NCBI RefSeq assembly: GCF_044704955.1
Contig: NC_091983.1
Location: 159,340,001 to 159,404,000 of the forward strand
DNA length: 64,000 bases
Direction of reading: 5' to 3'
From: Pristiophorus japonicus
Taxonomy: Eukaryota
The notes beneath the pieces were generated by a model. The model saw only the letters and a program-made list of their open reading frames with translations. It was not told the DNA's origin and did no database searches. Of this stretch, positions 13,601 through 25,690 are shown one piece after another. A program made the position numbers and the translations under genes. Numbering within the stretch: position 1 is the stretch's first letter; each line of letters begins with the position of its first letter.

Positions 13601-15075
13601 ATTAATAATTAGAATTATTAGCACATATGCCAGCTGCTCATGTATGGGCTATTCTTTGATTTATGGCATCATAAAATTCTATATCAGTGGTAGTGCAGTG
13701 CCAGACTATAAAAATTCAAGCATTTCTCTCTCGGGCTCTCTATCTACCTTTCTAGCTTGGCCTCTGCTTCTTTTTGCTCTTAGCTTTAATAATCACTGTG
13801 ACAATTTTACCTTGGCTTATGCAACAGTGTAGGTTACTTGAACCAGGCCGTTTAACGACAGAGGATGGAAAGGGGATGGTGTTCAAGCTATGAAGGGGCT
13901 GGCAGACTCTCACTCTTACTTACAACTGTTGCCAGGCTGCAAACAAGCACTTCATGGGAGATAGAGGAGGTGTTAAAGGAAAGACCATTCACATTGACAA
14001 TAGAAATAATAGCTGATACCACAGGGGTTGTAAACAGGGGCATCTCTTTTCCAGCCTTAGTTTTGTGCATTTATTAAACTGTCACCATATATTTATGTAT
14101 CAAAGTACTTTTATATCAAAGTAGTTTTTCACCCTTAGAATAGACAGTATCACTTTATCACCCCTGAAGCACCCAGGCAACCCCTATAGGCCGTATTTCA
14201 AAAATTAACAACAAAGAAATCTATATGGCACGGTGTTTTCACTTCTGCTGCCATCTTTATTGGATTACATTTATTCAAATCAGTTGCTGAATATTTTAAA
14301 AAAAGAGTTTTATACCTTTACAGAAATTGCCATTAAAAAGACTGTTTCTCGTGCTGATTTTAAATGTGATTTACCATTAATGCTCGGCAAAATTGATGCT
14401 ATGAGGTGATATAAAATATCTGTGTCAACTGAGACTTGCAAAGGGAGCTCTTATTTAAGGCTTTATAAAATGTGAATCTTTACTATGCAGGCATTGCTGT
14501 CAAGAGACATTCTTGACAGCTGCATCACCAAGAGAGATAATTGTGGGTGATCATGCTACACATCTGCAATACACTAAATATTTCCTGCTGGCTTTGGTTT
14601 TCAGTTTTTATCACAGGATTAAAGTTGCACTGCTGTGCTTCTATACAGATTGTGTTTGCATTGCATTGATCAGTAATGTAACGTAGCACACCAGCATTGT
14701 TTGGCCCTGAACTTCTGCAGAGATTCTCCCTGTCTCCCTTCGTAAGTTCATTTAAGAGGTCAGTGGAATCCTTGGAGAAACAACGTAAATAGCTGAAAAG
14801 ATATCGGAGACCAGAAGAACCCTGCAGAATCTTAGGGCCGAGATCTTTTAATCTGATTTTCTGCACTCATTGATTGTAACCTGTTCTTTCTGGTTATGTA
14901 TTTAAGCAGAGTATATCGGAAACCTATGTAATAGGATGCAATGGATTCACAATATTCTTAAAGCAACATTACGAATATGAAGGACATTACAATACTTACC
15001 ACCAGTTCTAATGTCAGCTCACGCAGAGGTGTAGATCATGACTTTGTGAGATAGTGTAAAACAGGTTATAGTGAG

Positions 15076-15150
15076 TTGACCTGAAACGTTAACTCTGTTT
15101 TCTCTCCGCAGATGTTCTCTGACCCACTGAGATTTCCAGCATTTTATGTT
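15076..15150 (+). mobile_element. Fragment of Penelope-type pLTR repeat (3' half of hammerhead motif)
   Basis: GACCTGAAACGTTAACTCTG...TTTCCAGCATTTT is homologous to the reverse complement of 54619-54756. Confidence 0.7.
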
Positions 15151-15462
15151 AGAGCTTATATAATGGCTATTAAAAGTCTACATTTAACGTATCTAATAAA
15201 TTAAATATTTGAGTGAAACACAAATAATTTGTTGGTTGTACCTATTAAAAAACTTCAAACAATTATTTCTTGATGCCCTGACATAATTTTAATCCTGTGA
15301 GACTTACATCTAATCCAGGTCCTGCACCTTTAGTAACATCATATTTTGTAATTTGATGTTACTAATTCTAAGATGCTCAGTGATTGAATCAGCAATTACT
15401 GAACATACAATCAAGGAAAGACTTTGTTGTCTCATCATTTGGACCCATCTTAGAATCCTAAT

Positions 15463-15652
15463 GGGAGGGGTTATAATTTTAACCTAACTGGCGACGAACT
15501 GACAGGATTAATTTGGCCCCCCATTTTTTTCACCCCACCCAGATTCACTTTCAGCTGAGATTAATAGAAAGTAAAATGGGGCAGGGTTAAAACAGGTGGC
15601 CGAATTGATCCCATCTGTTTCTTGCTGGGAGGATTAGGTTAAAATGACCTCC
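15463..15652. mobile_element. Palindromic MITE
   Basis: Ends ATTTTAACCTAA / TTAGGTTAAAAT with further internal inverted symmetry. Same terminal family as 15771/20267. Confidence 0.65.
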
Positions 15653-16489
15653 TTGGGCTCACCCAGTGGCTAGTGGTTAAAGGCATCGCCTGGTGTAATG
15701 TTAAATCATTCAGATTCCAGATTTGTTTCCAGGGCTATGGTGAGTTAAGTGACCTAAGCCAGGACAGCGAGAGGGTGTAATTTTCACCTTCACCAATTGG
15801 GCGGTAAACCGGCAGAATTGATTGCCCGCCCATTAAAGAACTCGCCTGATTTTCATTTCCATTGAAATTATGAAAATCAGACAGGTGTTATAACAGGTAT
15901 AGGGCTGGATTTTCAGCTCCCTTGTGCCTCTGGTAGTGCCCTGGAGAGACAGTAAAGGGTGTTTTTAGGCGTAACGGCGGGCATCCAGCTTTTACTATCT
16001 GGTCAGCAAATTCAGCTCAGTGTTTGCGTGAGTGCAAAAACTAACCGTCCCGCTCTCTAGTTTCAGTGAAATCATGACGTCAACCATCATACAATGCTCC
16101 ACTAGTGCCCCAGATGCAAAATTAGGCCCTAACGCCTCATTATACGCCCGCCCCAGGAAACGCCTGAAAAACTAGGCGCTCCCGGGGTGCAGCAGGCGAC
16201 ATTTGCGGCGTATTTAAATGGAGGGAGGAGGATCCTACATCGCAGGTCACATTGACTGCAACAGTTGCGCACATCACGTTGCGTGAAGCTCCGACTTGAA
16301 AGCGGCAGTTTTATCTGCCATTACAGTGCCCTTACAAGGTGAGTGAGAAAATTTAACGTGGGGAATTACTATTTTGCCAGCCTAGCACGCTTCATGCAAT
16401 TGGCAGGCGGTGTCAAGCTAGAAGGGCTCTTGGCCATGTCGTTCCATGGATGAGGAAAAACTGAAGACATCTGGGGAGGAGGGCTTGCC

Positions 16490-17041
16490 CCCCCAAAGGT
16501 TTACAGGCAACAATGCTCAGACCTCGAGCTCTCTAAGGAGCAGTGTGTGAGAAGGCTGCGCTTCCAAAAAGAAGTGCTGATAGAGATATGCCGTCTCCTA
16601 CAAGCAGACTGCAATACTCCCATCAACAGGTTTCCAAAATCATTGTTGTGTGCTGCATGTTGCACAGCTTGGCCATCATGAAGGGCCAGGCATTGCCAGA
16701 AAGGATTGCAGGCCCACCTCAGGAGGAGGGGGACTGTTACGTATAGAAGAACTCCACGAGGCTGATTACTGTGAGCTAAACTTAGTGTGACCTTAGTCTT
16801 CTTTATTACAACTCCAGAGTGCCTAAACAATATGGCAGCCAACCTTTTATACTGGCCCTGCATGTGTGTGCAGGTGACCATTAGGACTCCAACAGTCGCG
16901 CCCTCTGGTGGCAAGTATTATATAATTACATACACAACAGGGACGACGAAGATGAGCCTGGCGAGGCCCCCATTGGATAGCCACACCATCCACGGGGGAA
17001 GAGTTGCACGTCGCCAGCTCATAATGGAATGGTTCTCCTAA
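16490..17041 (+). pseudogene. Harbinger (HARBI1-like) transposase remnant with its centre deleted
   Basis: PPKVYRQQCSDLELSKEQCVRRLRFQKEVLIEICRLLQAD is fused directly to LQYSHQQVSKIIVVCCMLHSLAIMKG and ends GRVARRQLIMEWFS*. It is interrupted by a solo LTR. Confidence 0.75.
16735..16939 (-). mobile_element. Solo LTR (Gypsy-type)
   Basis: TG...CA ends, perfect 5-bp TSD GGGAC (16730-16734, 16940-16944), minus-strand TATAAAAG and AATAAA. Confidence 0.9.
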
Positions 17042-17221
17042 ATGGAGGAAACTGAGGGATGGAGCTAATACTGGACACGCTATGTACCCCCATAAAGGCA
17101 CATCTCTGGTGAACGTTGCAAGGCTATACAAGACACCAATGGCAAAGGATCAAACAGACATTTTACTACAACAAACTAACAAAAACTCCCTCCCACCAAA
17201 GAAAACCATACAATAAACAAC

Positions 17222-19305
17222 ATTCATCATAGGCAGTCCCTCAAAATTGAGGAAGGCTTGCTTCCATTCTAAAAGTGAGTTCTCAGGTGACTGAACTGTC
17301 CAATACGGGAATTACAGTCTCTGTCACAGGTGGGACAGACAGTGGTTGAAGGAAAGGGTGGGTGGGGAGTCTGGTTTGCCGCACGCTCCTTCCGCTGCCT
17401 GCGCTTGCTTGCCCTCGGCGACGAGACTCGAGGTGTTCAACCTCCACTTAGGGGGGTCTTTGGCCAGGGACTCCCAGATGTCGATGTGGATGTTGCATTT
17501 TTATCAAGGAGGCTTTGAGGGTGTCCTTGAAACGTTTCCTCTACCCATCTGGGGCTCGCTTGCCGTGTAGGAGTTCTGAGTAGAGCGCTTGCTTTGGGAG
17601 TCTTGTGTCAGGCAGGCGAACAATGTGGCGCACCCAGTGGAGCTGGTCGAGTGTGGTCAGTGCTTCGATGCTGGGGATGTTGGCCTGATCGAAGACACTA
17701 ACGTTGGTATATCTGTCCTCCCAGGGGATTTGCAGGATCTTGCGGAGACATTGTTGGTGGTATTTCTCCAGCGATTTGAGGTGTCTACTGTATGTGGTCC
17801 ATGTCTCTGAGCCATACAGGAGGGCGGGTATCACTGCAGACCTGTAGCCCTTAAGCTTAGTGCCAGATTTGAAGGCCTGATCTTCGAACACTCTCTTCCT
17901 CAGGTGGTCGAAGGCTACGCTGACACACTGGAGGCAGTGTTGAACCTTGTTGTTGATGTGAATAGGCTCCCGATGTATGGAAAGTGGTCCATGTTGTCCA
18001 GGGCCACGCCATGGATCTTGATGACTGGGGGGCAGTGCTGAGTGGTGGGTCAGGTTTGTGGAGGACCTTTGTCTTACTGATGTTTAGTGTAAGGCCCATG
18101 CTTTTCTATGCCTCAGTGAAGATGTTGACTCTGACTTGGAGTTCAGCCTCTGAATTTGCGCAGGCGCAAGCATCGTCCGTGTACTATAGCTTGACGACAG
18201 AGGATAGGACAGTCTTGGATCTGGCCTGGAGGCGACGAAGGTTGAACAGGTTCTCACTGGTTCTGTAGTTTAGTTCCACTCCAGCGGGGAGCTTGTTGAG
18301 TGTGAGGTGGAGCACTGCAGCGACGAAGATCGAAAAGAGATTTGACACGATGACGCAGCCCTGCTTGACCCCGGTCCGGACGTGGATTGGGTCTGTGGTG
18401 GATCAGTGGGTCAGGATCACGGCCTGCATGTCGTCGTGGAGCAGGCGGAGGATGGCGACAAACTTTTGGGGGCAGCCAAAACGGACGCTCCATAGTCCCT
18501 CGCGATTAACAGTGTCAAAGGCCTTTGTAAAGTCAAAGAAGGCCATGTACAAGGGTTGGTGCTGTTCCTTGCATTTCTTTTGCAGTTGTCGCGCCATAAA
18601 GATCATGTCCGTTGTACCCCGTAGTGAACGGAATCTGCATTGTGACTCCGGGAGGAGCTCCTCAGCCACAGGGAGAAGACGGTCGAGGAGGATTCTAGCG
18701 ATGACTTTCCCAGTGGCTGATAACAGGGAGATTCCTCTGTAGTTGCCGCAGTCGGACTTGTCCCCCTTTTTAAAGATGGTCATGATTATTGCATCTCTGA
18801 GATCTCCCAGCATGCGCTCCTCCTTCCAGATGAGAGAGATGAGGTCATGTATTCGTGCTGATAGTGCTTCTCCGCTATGCTTTAGTGCCTCAGCGGGGAT
18901 TCCATCCGCTCCCGATGCCTTGTTGTTTTTGAGCTGACAGATGGCCTTTTCTACCTCATGCAGGGCTGGGGTTTTGCTGAGATGATGGCGGGTAGCATGC
19001 TGCGGGATGGAGTCGAGGACACTCATGTCAAAGGCAGAGTCTCGGGTTAAGGAGATCTTCGAAGTGCTCCTTCCAGTGGGTCCTGACTGCCTCAGTGGCC
19101 TTGATGAGTGTCTCCCCGTTCTTGGCCAGCAGTGGGGTGGGGCCTTGGGTGCTTGGGCCATAGGTGGACTTAACTGCAGTGAAGAATCTTCGCACATCAT
19201 GGCTGTTGGCCAGTGTAGCTCGATGACAGAGGATGGGACGGTCTTGGATCTGGCTTGGAGGCGACAAAGGTTGAACAGGTTCCCATTGGTTCTATAGTTT
19301 AATTA
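17222..19305 (-). mobile_element. RTE-clade LINE, 5'-truncated and decayed
   Basis: NYRGISLLS, RGTTDMIF.ARQLQ.KC.EQ, FFDFTKAFDTV.R, LLYGSETW, RLPKQALYSEL, and an (ATG)n-type 3' tail at ~17222-17230. Confidence 0.92.
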
Positions 19306-19704
19306 TGCACCAAGATGGTGGATAGGACAACAGCTCCCTAGGGAGCTCTCCCCGAACAAACCTTCCTCTGACCATCTGCTGCCATCCTTCACCTCTTTCT
19401 CCCTCAATCCTTCACCCCTCACTGTCTAAGTCCCCTCTGGCCTTAACTTCGACCCCCCCCAAAGTATTTTACCTACCCCTAAAACCCTAAAATCCCGTGC
19501 TGCAAGGGTCCACTGCCCATCCCCCAACCTCGGCTTACCTTCTAAGTCAACCTCCCTGCTGCCAAGTTCCTCCAGCTGAACCCTCACTTCTCGCTCCCCA
19601 CTGGCCGACTCAGCTACTCCAATGGACCCACGACGATCTCAACGGCGGTGAGCCTCTGACCAGCTTCAGATACAGGTTTGGGCCCTACCTCATGTGCGAG
19701 CCTT

Positions 19705-19780
19705 CCCTCTGGCGACGTCCTGGCCTTCATCCCACTGGTGACGTCCTGGCCTTCATCCCACTGGTGATGTCCTGGCCTCC
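19705..19780. repeat. 26-bp tandem repeat x3
   Basis: Units of CCCACTGGTGACGTCCTGGCCTTCAT. Confidence 0.85.
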
Positions 19781-20363
19781 CTTCCTGCAACCACAGTGTG
19801 GCCTCCTCCCGGCTGCTGGCCCCACTCAATGGCGGAGTCTCTGCTGAGCACGTGGTGTGCACAATGGCTGTGGTCACTGTGACCTATTTGACCTCTCCTT
19901 CCACAAAATGGTCCTCTAGATAACATTATGTAGCAGGGCACGGAACAACAATGAAGTGCATTAAATCAAAGAAACTATCTGCAAGCGTAATCAACAAAAA
20001 TCAGGGCGTGTGCACAACCTTGTCCTGCACATTATTCTGACGTATTTAACACTGCGATTTTCAGCTGTGCAATGCCTGATTTCGTGCCTCTGATCATGGA
20101 ACCTCATTTTTTGCCGAATTTTGCAGAAGAGTGCAACATTTTACCAGGCGATATCAGGACTGCCCTGCCACCATTACCGTCCCGAAATCGCAACAGCCAA
20201 AAATCCGGCATTTTATAATCTGCTCTGCCAATGCACCATCTGAACAGTGAAGGTTAAAATGACCTCCGTTGGATTTATAAATGCTTCACCCAGCTGGGCT
20301 GTTGAGGGAAAATCAGTCATAGTGCTGGGCCACCAAATGGGAGCAAGAGTGTCTGTCTGTATG

Positions 20364-23300
20364 TGTCATGTATGTACTTTTGGGATCACTAGCCACTAAA
20401 TGGCGTCACTGTTGGAGGCCATTGGGCTACACGCACATGTGTGCAGCCCAAGTATAAAAGGCCAGCCATTTTGTATATTAGTCACTTTGGGCCTTAACAA
20501 AGCAGAGCCAAGGTCATACCTCTTGGAGTTAAACAGTACTCAGTCTAACAGTTATTGCATACACAACATTTGGCGACAAGGCAACAAGAATCTTTGCATG
20601 CAAAAATGAGCACAATTGGATTGTTGGAGCGATTTGTGGAAGGAGAAGATTGGGCAGACTTTGTGCCATTTGAACCAATTCTTTGTGGCCAACAAAATGG
20701 AGGAGGTTGGCGACGCAGATCAGCGTCGGGCAGTGCTCCTCACAGTTTGTGGTCCAAAAATTTATGGTCTGATAAAGAATCTACTCCTGCCTGTGAGTCC
20801 AACAGAGAAGATGTATGAAAAATTGTGTACACTGGTACAGGACCACCTTAAGCCAGACGAAGGCATCATCATCTCAAGATACAGATTTTACACGCATGTT
20901 CAGAGGGCCAGAATGCGGCAGAATTCGTTGCCAACCTGAGACATCTAGCGGGACCGTGTAAGTTCGGTGCTGTGTTGGCGGACATACTGCGGGACTTCTT
21001 TGTAATCGGCATCAACTACTGGCGGTGGAGACGTTGGACTTGAATAGGGCCATCACAATCGTTCAGTCATGCATGACGACGGATAGAAGTCTAAAGCAGC
21101 TATCAGTGAAAAATCAAAACTCGGCAAGTACTGTAAATATGATTGATTCGGCGTTCGGCAGAGCCGCACATGGCAGGGCCTACCCGACTGCATATGCGAA
21201 ACGTGTGGCTGCCCAAAGTCCGCCAGCGGGAATGCATCTGATTTCTCTGTGTTGGCGTTGCGGGGGAAATCTCTAGCACCAGCAGTGCCTATTTAAGCAA
21301 TGTAGTTGCAAAGGCTGTCTGAGAGTGGGGCATCTCCAGCGCAAGTGTCCGCAGATGAGCAAATGTGCTGCTACACACCACGTGGAGGATGATGGTCAGA
21401 TCCGGATACGCAATCCGAGATACCAGAGGAGGAAGTGTATGGACTGTACTCGTTCCTAACTAAGAGCAAACTGATAATGATCAATGTGATTAGTCGGGAA
21501 ATTGTGTTGGGGAAATTGATGGGATTGAAGGCCGATAAATCCCCAGGGCCTGATGGACTGCATCCCAGAGTACTTAAGGAGGTGGCCTTGGAAATAGCGG
21601 ATGCATTGACAGTCATTTTCCAACATTCCATTGACTCTGGATCAGTTCCTATGGAGTGGAGGGTAGCCAATGTAACCCCACTTTTTAAAAAAGGAGGGAG
21701 AGAGAAAACAGGGAATTATAGACCGGTCAGCCTGACCTCAGTAGTGGGTAAAATGATGGAATCAATTATTAAGGATGTCATAGCAGTGCATCTGGAAAAT
21801 GGTGACATGATAGGTCCAAGTCAGCATGGATTTGTGAAAGGGAAATCATGCTTGACAAATCTTCTGGAATTTTTTGAGGATGTTTCCAGTAAAGTGGACA
21901 AAGGAGAACCAGTTGATGTGGTATATTTGGACTTTCAGAAGGCTTTCGACAAGGTCCCACACAAGTGATTAATGTGCAAAGTTAAAGCACATGGGATTGG
22001 GGGTAGTGTGCTGACGTGGATTGAGAACTGGTTGTCAGACAGGAAGCAAAGAGTAGGAGTAAATGGGTACTTTTCGGAATGGCAGGCAGTGACTAGTGGG
22101 GTGCCGCAAGGTTCTGTGCTGGGGCCCCAGCTGTTTACATTGTACATTAATGATTTAGACGAGGGGATTAAATGCAGTATCTCCAAATTTGCGGATGACA
22201 CTAAGTTGGGTGGCAGTGTGAGCTGCGAGGAGGATGCTATTAGGCTGCAGAGTGACTTGGATAGGTTAGGTGAGTGGGCAAATGCATGGCAGATGAAGTA
22301 TAATGTGGATAAATGTGAGGTTATCCACTTTGGTGGTAAAAACAGAGAGACAGACTATTATCTGAATGGTGACAGATTAGGAAAAGGGAAGGTGCAACGA
22401 GACCTGGGTGTCATGGTACATCAGTCATTGAAGGTTAGCATGCAGGTACAGCAGGCGGTTAAGAAAGCAAATGGCATGTTGGCCTTCATAGCGAGGGGAT
22501 TTGAATACAGGGGCAGGGAGGTGTTGCTACAGTTGTACAGGGCCTTGGTGAGGCCACACCTGGAGTATTGTGTACAGTTTTGGTCTCCTAACTTGAGGAA
22601 GGACATTCTTGCTATTGAGGGAGTGCAGCGAAGATTCACCAGACTGATTCCCGGGATGGTGGGACTGACCTATCAAGAAAGACTGGATCAACTGGGCTTG
22701 TATTCACTGGAGTTCAGAAGAATGAGAGGGGACCTCATGGAAACGTTTAAAATTCTGACGGGTTTAGACAGGTTAGATGCAGGAAGAATGTTCCCAATGT
22801 TGGGGAAGTCCAGAACCAGGGGTCACAGTCTGAGGATAAGGGGTAAGCCATTTAGGACCGAGATGAGGAGAAACTTCTTCACCCAGAGAGTGGTGAACCT
22901 GTGGAATTCTCTACCACAGAAAGTAGTTGAGGCCAATTCACTAAATATATTCAAAAGGGAGTTAGATGAAGTCCTTACTACTCAGGGGATCAAGGGTTAT
23001 GGCGATAAAGCAGGAAGTGGGTACTGAAGTTTAATGTTCAGCCATGAACTCATTGAATTGCGGTGCAGGCTAGAAGGGCTGAATGGCCTGCTCCTGCACC
23101 TATTTTCTATGTTTCTATGTTAATGGGGTGCCGGTATCAATGGAACTGGACACGGGGGTGAGTCAATCGATAAGAGCCAGAGGGCATTCGACAAGCTGTG
23201 GGATACTAAGGCTGTGAGGCCCAGGCTGAGTCCAGTCAATGCCAAGTTGCGCACGTACACCAAAGAACTCATAACGGTGATTGGCAGTGCCACAATTAAA

Positions 23301-24048
23301 GTGTCGTATGACGGTGCGGTTCACGAGTTACCGCTATGGATTGTCCCAGGCAATGGCCCAACGCTGTTCGGCAGGAACCGGCTTGAAAAATTCAGATGCA
23401 ATTGGAACGACATCAAGGCATTGTCGTCGGAGAAAGATACATGTGCCCAAGTACTGAGCAAGTTCCCTCGCTTGTTCAAACCAGGCATCGGCAACTTCAT
23501 GGGAGCCAAGGTGCAGATCCACGTGGACTCGGATGCAAGACCCATCCATCATAAAGCTCAGCCAGTTCTGTATATGATGAGGGAGAAGGTCAAAATCGAA
23601 CTGGACAGACTCCAGTGTGAAGGGATCATATCACCGGTTGAATTTAACGAATGGGCCAGCTCCATTGTTGCTGTGCTGAAAAGTGATGGCACAGTCAGAA
23701 TCTGTGGAGATTACAAGGCTACGATCAACAGGGTTTCGAAACAGGATCAGTACACATTACCGAAGGCTGAGGACTTGTTTGCAATGCTAGCCGGGGGGGA
23801 AGTCATTCACAAAACTAGACTTGACGTCGACCTACATGAAACAGAAGCTGGTCAAGACGTTGAAGAGACTTACATGCATTAAAACGCATAAAGGACTGTT
23901 TATATATCACAGGTGTCCTTTTGGAATTCGCTCAGCTCCAGCAATATTTCAGAGAAACATGGAGAGTCTACTGAAGTCCGTTTCCAGAACCGTCGTGTTC
24001 CAAGATGACATCCTGATCCTCAATCTAACAGTTATTGCATACACAACA
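20364..24048 (+). mobile_element. Gypsy (Mag-like) LTR element E2 with a large 3' internal deletion
   Basis: 5' LTR 20364-20568, PBS TGGCGACAAG, gag/PR/RT remnants up to FQDDIL, then only the last ~30 bp of the 3' LTR. Perfect TSD GTATG. Confidence 0.92.
21489..23119 (+). mobile_element. CR1 subfamily B, 5'-truncated, inserted in the E2 protease
   Basis: Near-intact RT (ORFs 21435-21968 and 21972-23027, with lesions only near the KVPHK* stop) and a TTTCTATG tail. The host resumes NGVPVSMELDTG. Confidence 0.95.
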
Positions 24049-24146
24049 GTATGGATGTTGGCTGAGAACAGGTTTACAATTGGGTTTGTTGCTTCCTGTA
24101 GCCAAATAGCCTGTCGATACTTACTGTCTCGGGTCAAACATGAAGA

Positions 24147-24600
24147 CCATGATTTCGCCTACCTGGTTGGGAGCGAGGCAGGTAACGCCTGGAGCAGGTT
24201 TCAACCTCGCTGGTATCTCCATGCTGGCTTCCCCCACAATTTTCCCCTGATTGGGCTTGTTAAGCCTGCCCTGCGATGATGTTCCCAGCCAATTAAAAAG
24301 AAGCTGGTCTGATGACGTCATTTTGATGACGTGTTATCAGTCAGTTTCCTTAAAGGGACCATGGCCAACTTTATTTTGACAATTGTGCTGTCAGTGTTGT
24401 GCAACATTGAGGTGTTGCAAACACTGACAAGGACTGCACAGAGGTGCATGGCAGCACCCAAGCTCTCCCATGACTCCCTCCATATGCTTAGTGCCAGGTC
24501 TGTGAAGCAGGCGGACCCAGCACTTGGGAAACTGACACGGAGACGGGTTCCCAGCAGGATCCCGCCCCGCTATCAATCTTTCAAATTTTGACAGCAGCCC
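24147..24600 (+). mobile_element. Probable Harbinger-derived non-autonomous remnant
   Basis: Contains AAPKLSHDSLHML, resembling the start of Harbinger Myb/SANT ORFs. Ends are not resolved. Confidence 0.35.
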
Positions 24601-25482
24601 CACCTCTGAACTCTCCCTTTGAGCACCAGCAAGATTCTGGCTGAAGAATCACCACTTGCGTGTGCTATTGAAGGGTTGCTCCCAGCTGTGGAAGCAAACT
24701 CCTGTAAGAATCAGTCTACATTTGGATGGACTGATGAAAGATCCTGGCTGCAGGATGTATTTGAGACTGAGTGTGACTACAAGAGAGCTGAAGTTTCAGT
24801 AAAGCAGTCGCAAGTCAAGGAATGATTCATCATTCGCAATACATGTTCAGTTAGCTTTCTCACATTGTTGAGTCAAATCACCGATTAAACAAAAATATTC
24901 CAGAAAATTTGACAGTGCTAATGTTTTTCATACTTATTTGTACAGTTTTTTTCTTTTAATGGAGTCTGATGATGAGACTCCTTTTTTAAGTTCTCAGACA
25001 ACTTCATGTTTGGTGTTGTGCTGTGCGTAGTGGTTGGAAACCATTTCCTGCTTAGAAAGATGCAAAGCCAGGGTTTTGAGGTTCCGCTCTCATTAGGTAA
25101 ACGTTTATATGTGCACATAGCTCTGCACACAGTAGTTAAATGATTTTGCATTGGCCATGAGATAATGGGATGATACTGCAGCATTTGGAAATGACTGAAA
25201 TTCAGTAATTGGATTCTCACTCTTCAGCTTAACTTTTGCCATGTTTTTGCTTTCATTTTACAGGCTAATCGTTGCATCATTACTCTGATGACAGTGTTGT
25301 TAAGAAAATTGTGACATGCTAGTGTCTGAAACATGCCTAAAAGTTGGGTTTGCTGGAGGCAGTAGGGCTTCTGGCAGGAAATATAAATACTGTTGCCAGA
25401 GAGACCACCATCTTTTGTGCCTACAGATTGACTGAGCTGATCTGATTCAGGTCGAGTCCTGGGTCCAAAATGCAAAAGGAAT

Positions 25483-25690
25483 AAACATAGAAACTAGGAG
25501 CAGTAGTAGGCCATTCGACCCTTCAAGTCTGCACCGCCATTCAATATGATCATGGCTGATCCTCTATCTCAACACCATATTCTTGCTTTTTCCCCATACC
25601 CCTTGACGCCTTTTGTTTCTAGAAATCTATCTATCTCCCTCTTAAATATATTCAGTGACTTGGCCTCCTCAGCCTTCTGTGGTAGAGAAT
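25483..25690 (-). mobile_element. CR1 3' end fragment
   Basis: AAACATAGAAA tail and 3' UTR matching the CR1-B ends. Confidence 0.85.

Larger units (their letters stand above)
15901..20210. mobile_element. Internally deleted PIF/Harbinger transposon
   Basis: Imperfect TIRs GCTGGATTTTCAGCT / AGCCAAAAATCCGGC and a HARBI1-like transposase remnant inside. Confidence 0.7.
15771..20267. mobile_element. Palindromic MITE split into 15771-15900 and ~20211-20267
   Basis: Inverted ends ATTTTCACCTTCAC / GTGAAGGTTAAAAT and an internal hairpin CTGATTTTCAT...ATGAAAATCAG. Confidence 0.6.
15655..24146 (+). mobile_element. LF-SINE-like element split into 15655-15770, 20268-20363 and 24049-24146
   Basis: tRNA-like head then GAGTTAAGTGACCTAAGCC; GAGGGAAAATCAG; GGATGTTGGCTGAGAACAGG...AATAGCCTGTCGATACTTACTGTCT..ACATGAAGA. 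The blocks are colinear with the LF-SINE consensus as recalled. Confidence 0.65.

Noticed and set aside
15655-15730. tRNA gene (also 32490-32566)
   Set aside because: Degenerate tRNA-derived SINE heads with no complete cloverleaf.
21435-21968. Gypsy-CR1 chimeric gene
   Set aside because: A simple CR1 insertion that happens to be in frame with the decayed protease start and ends in a stop.
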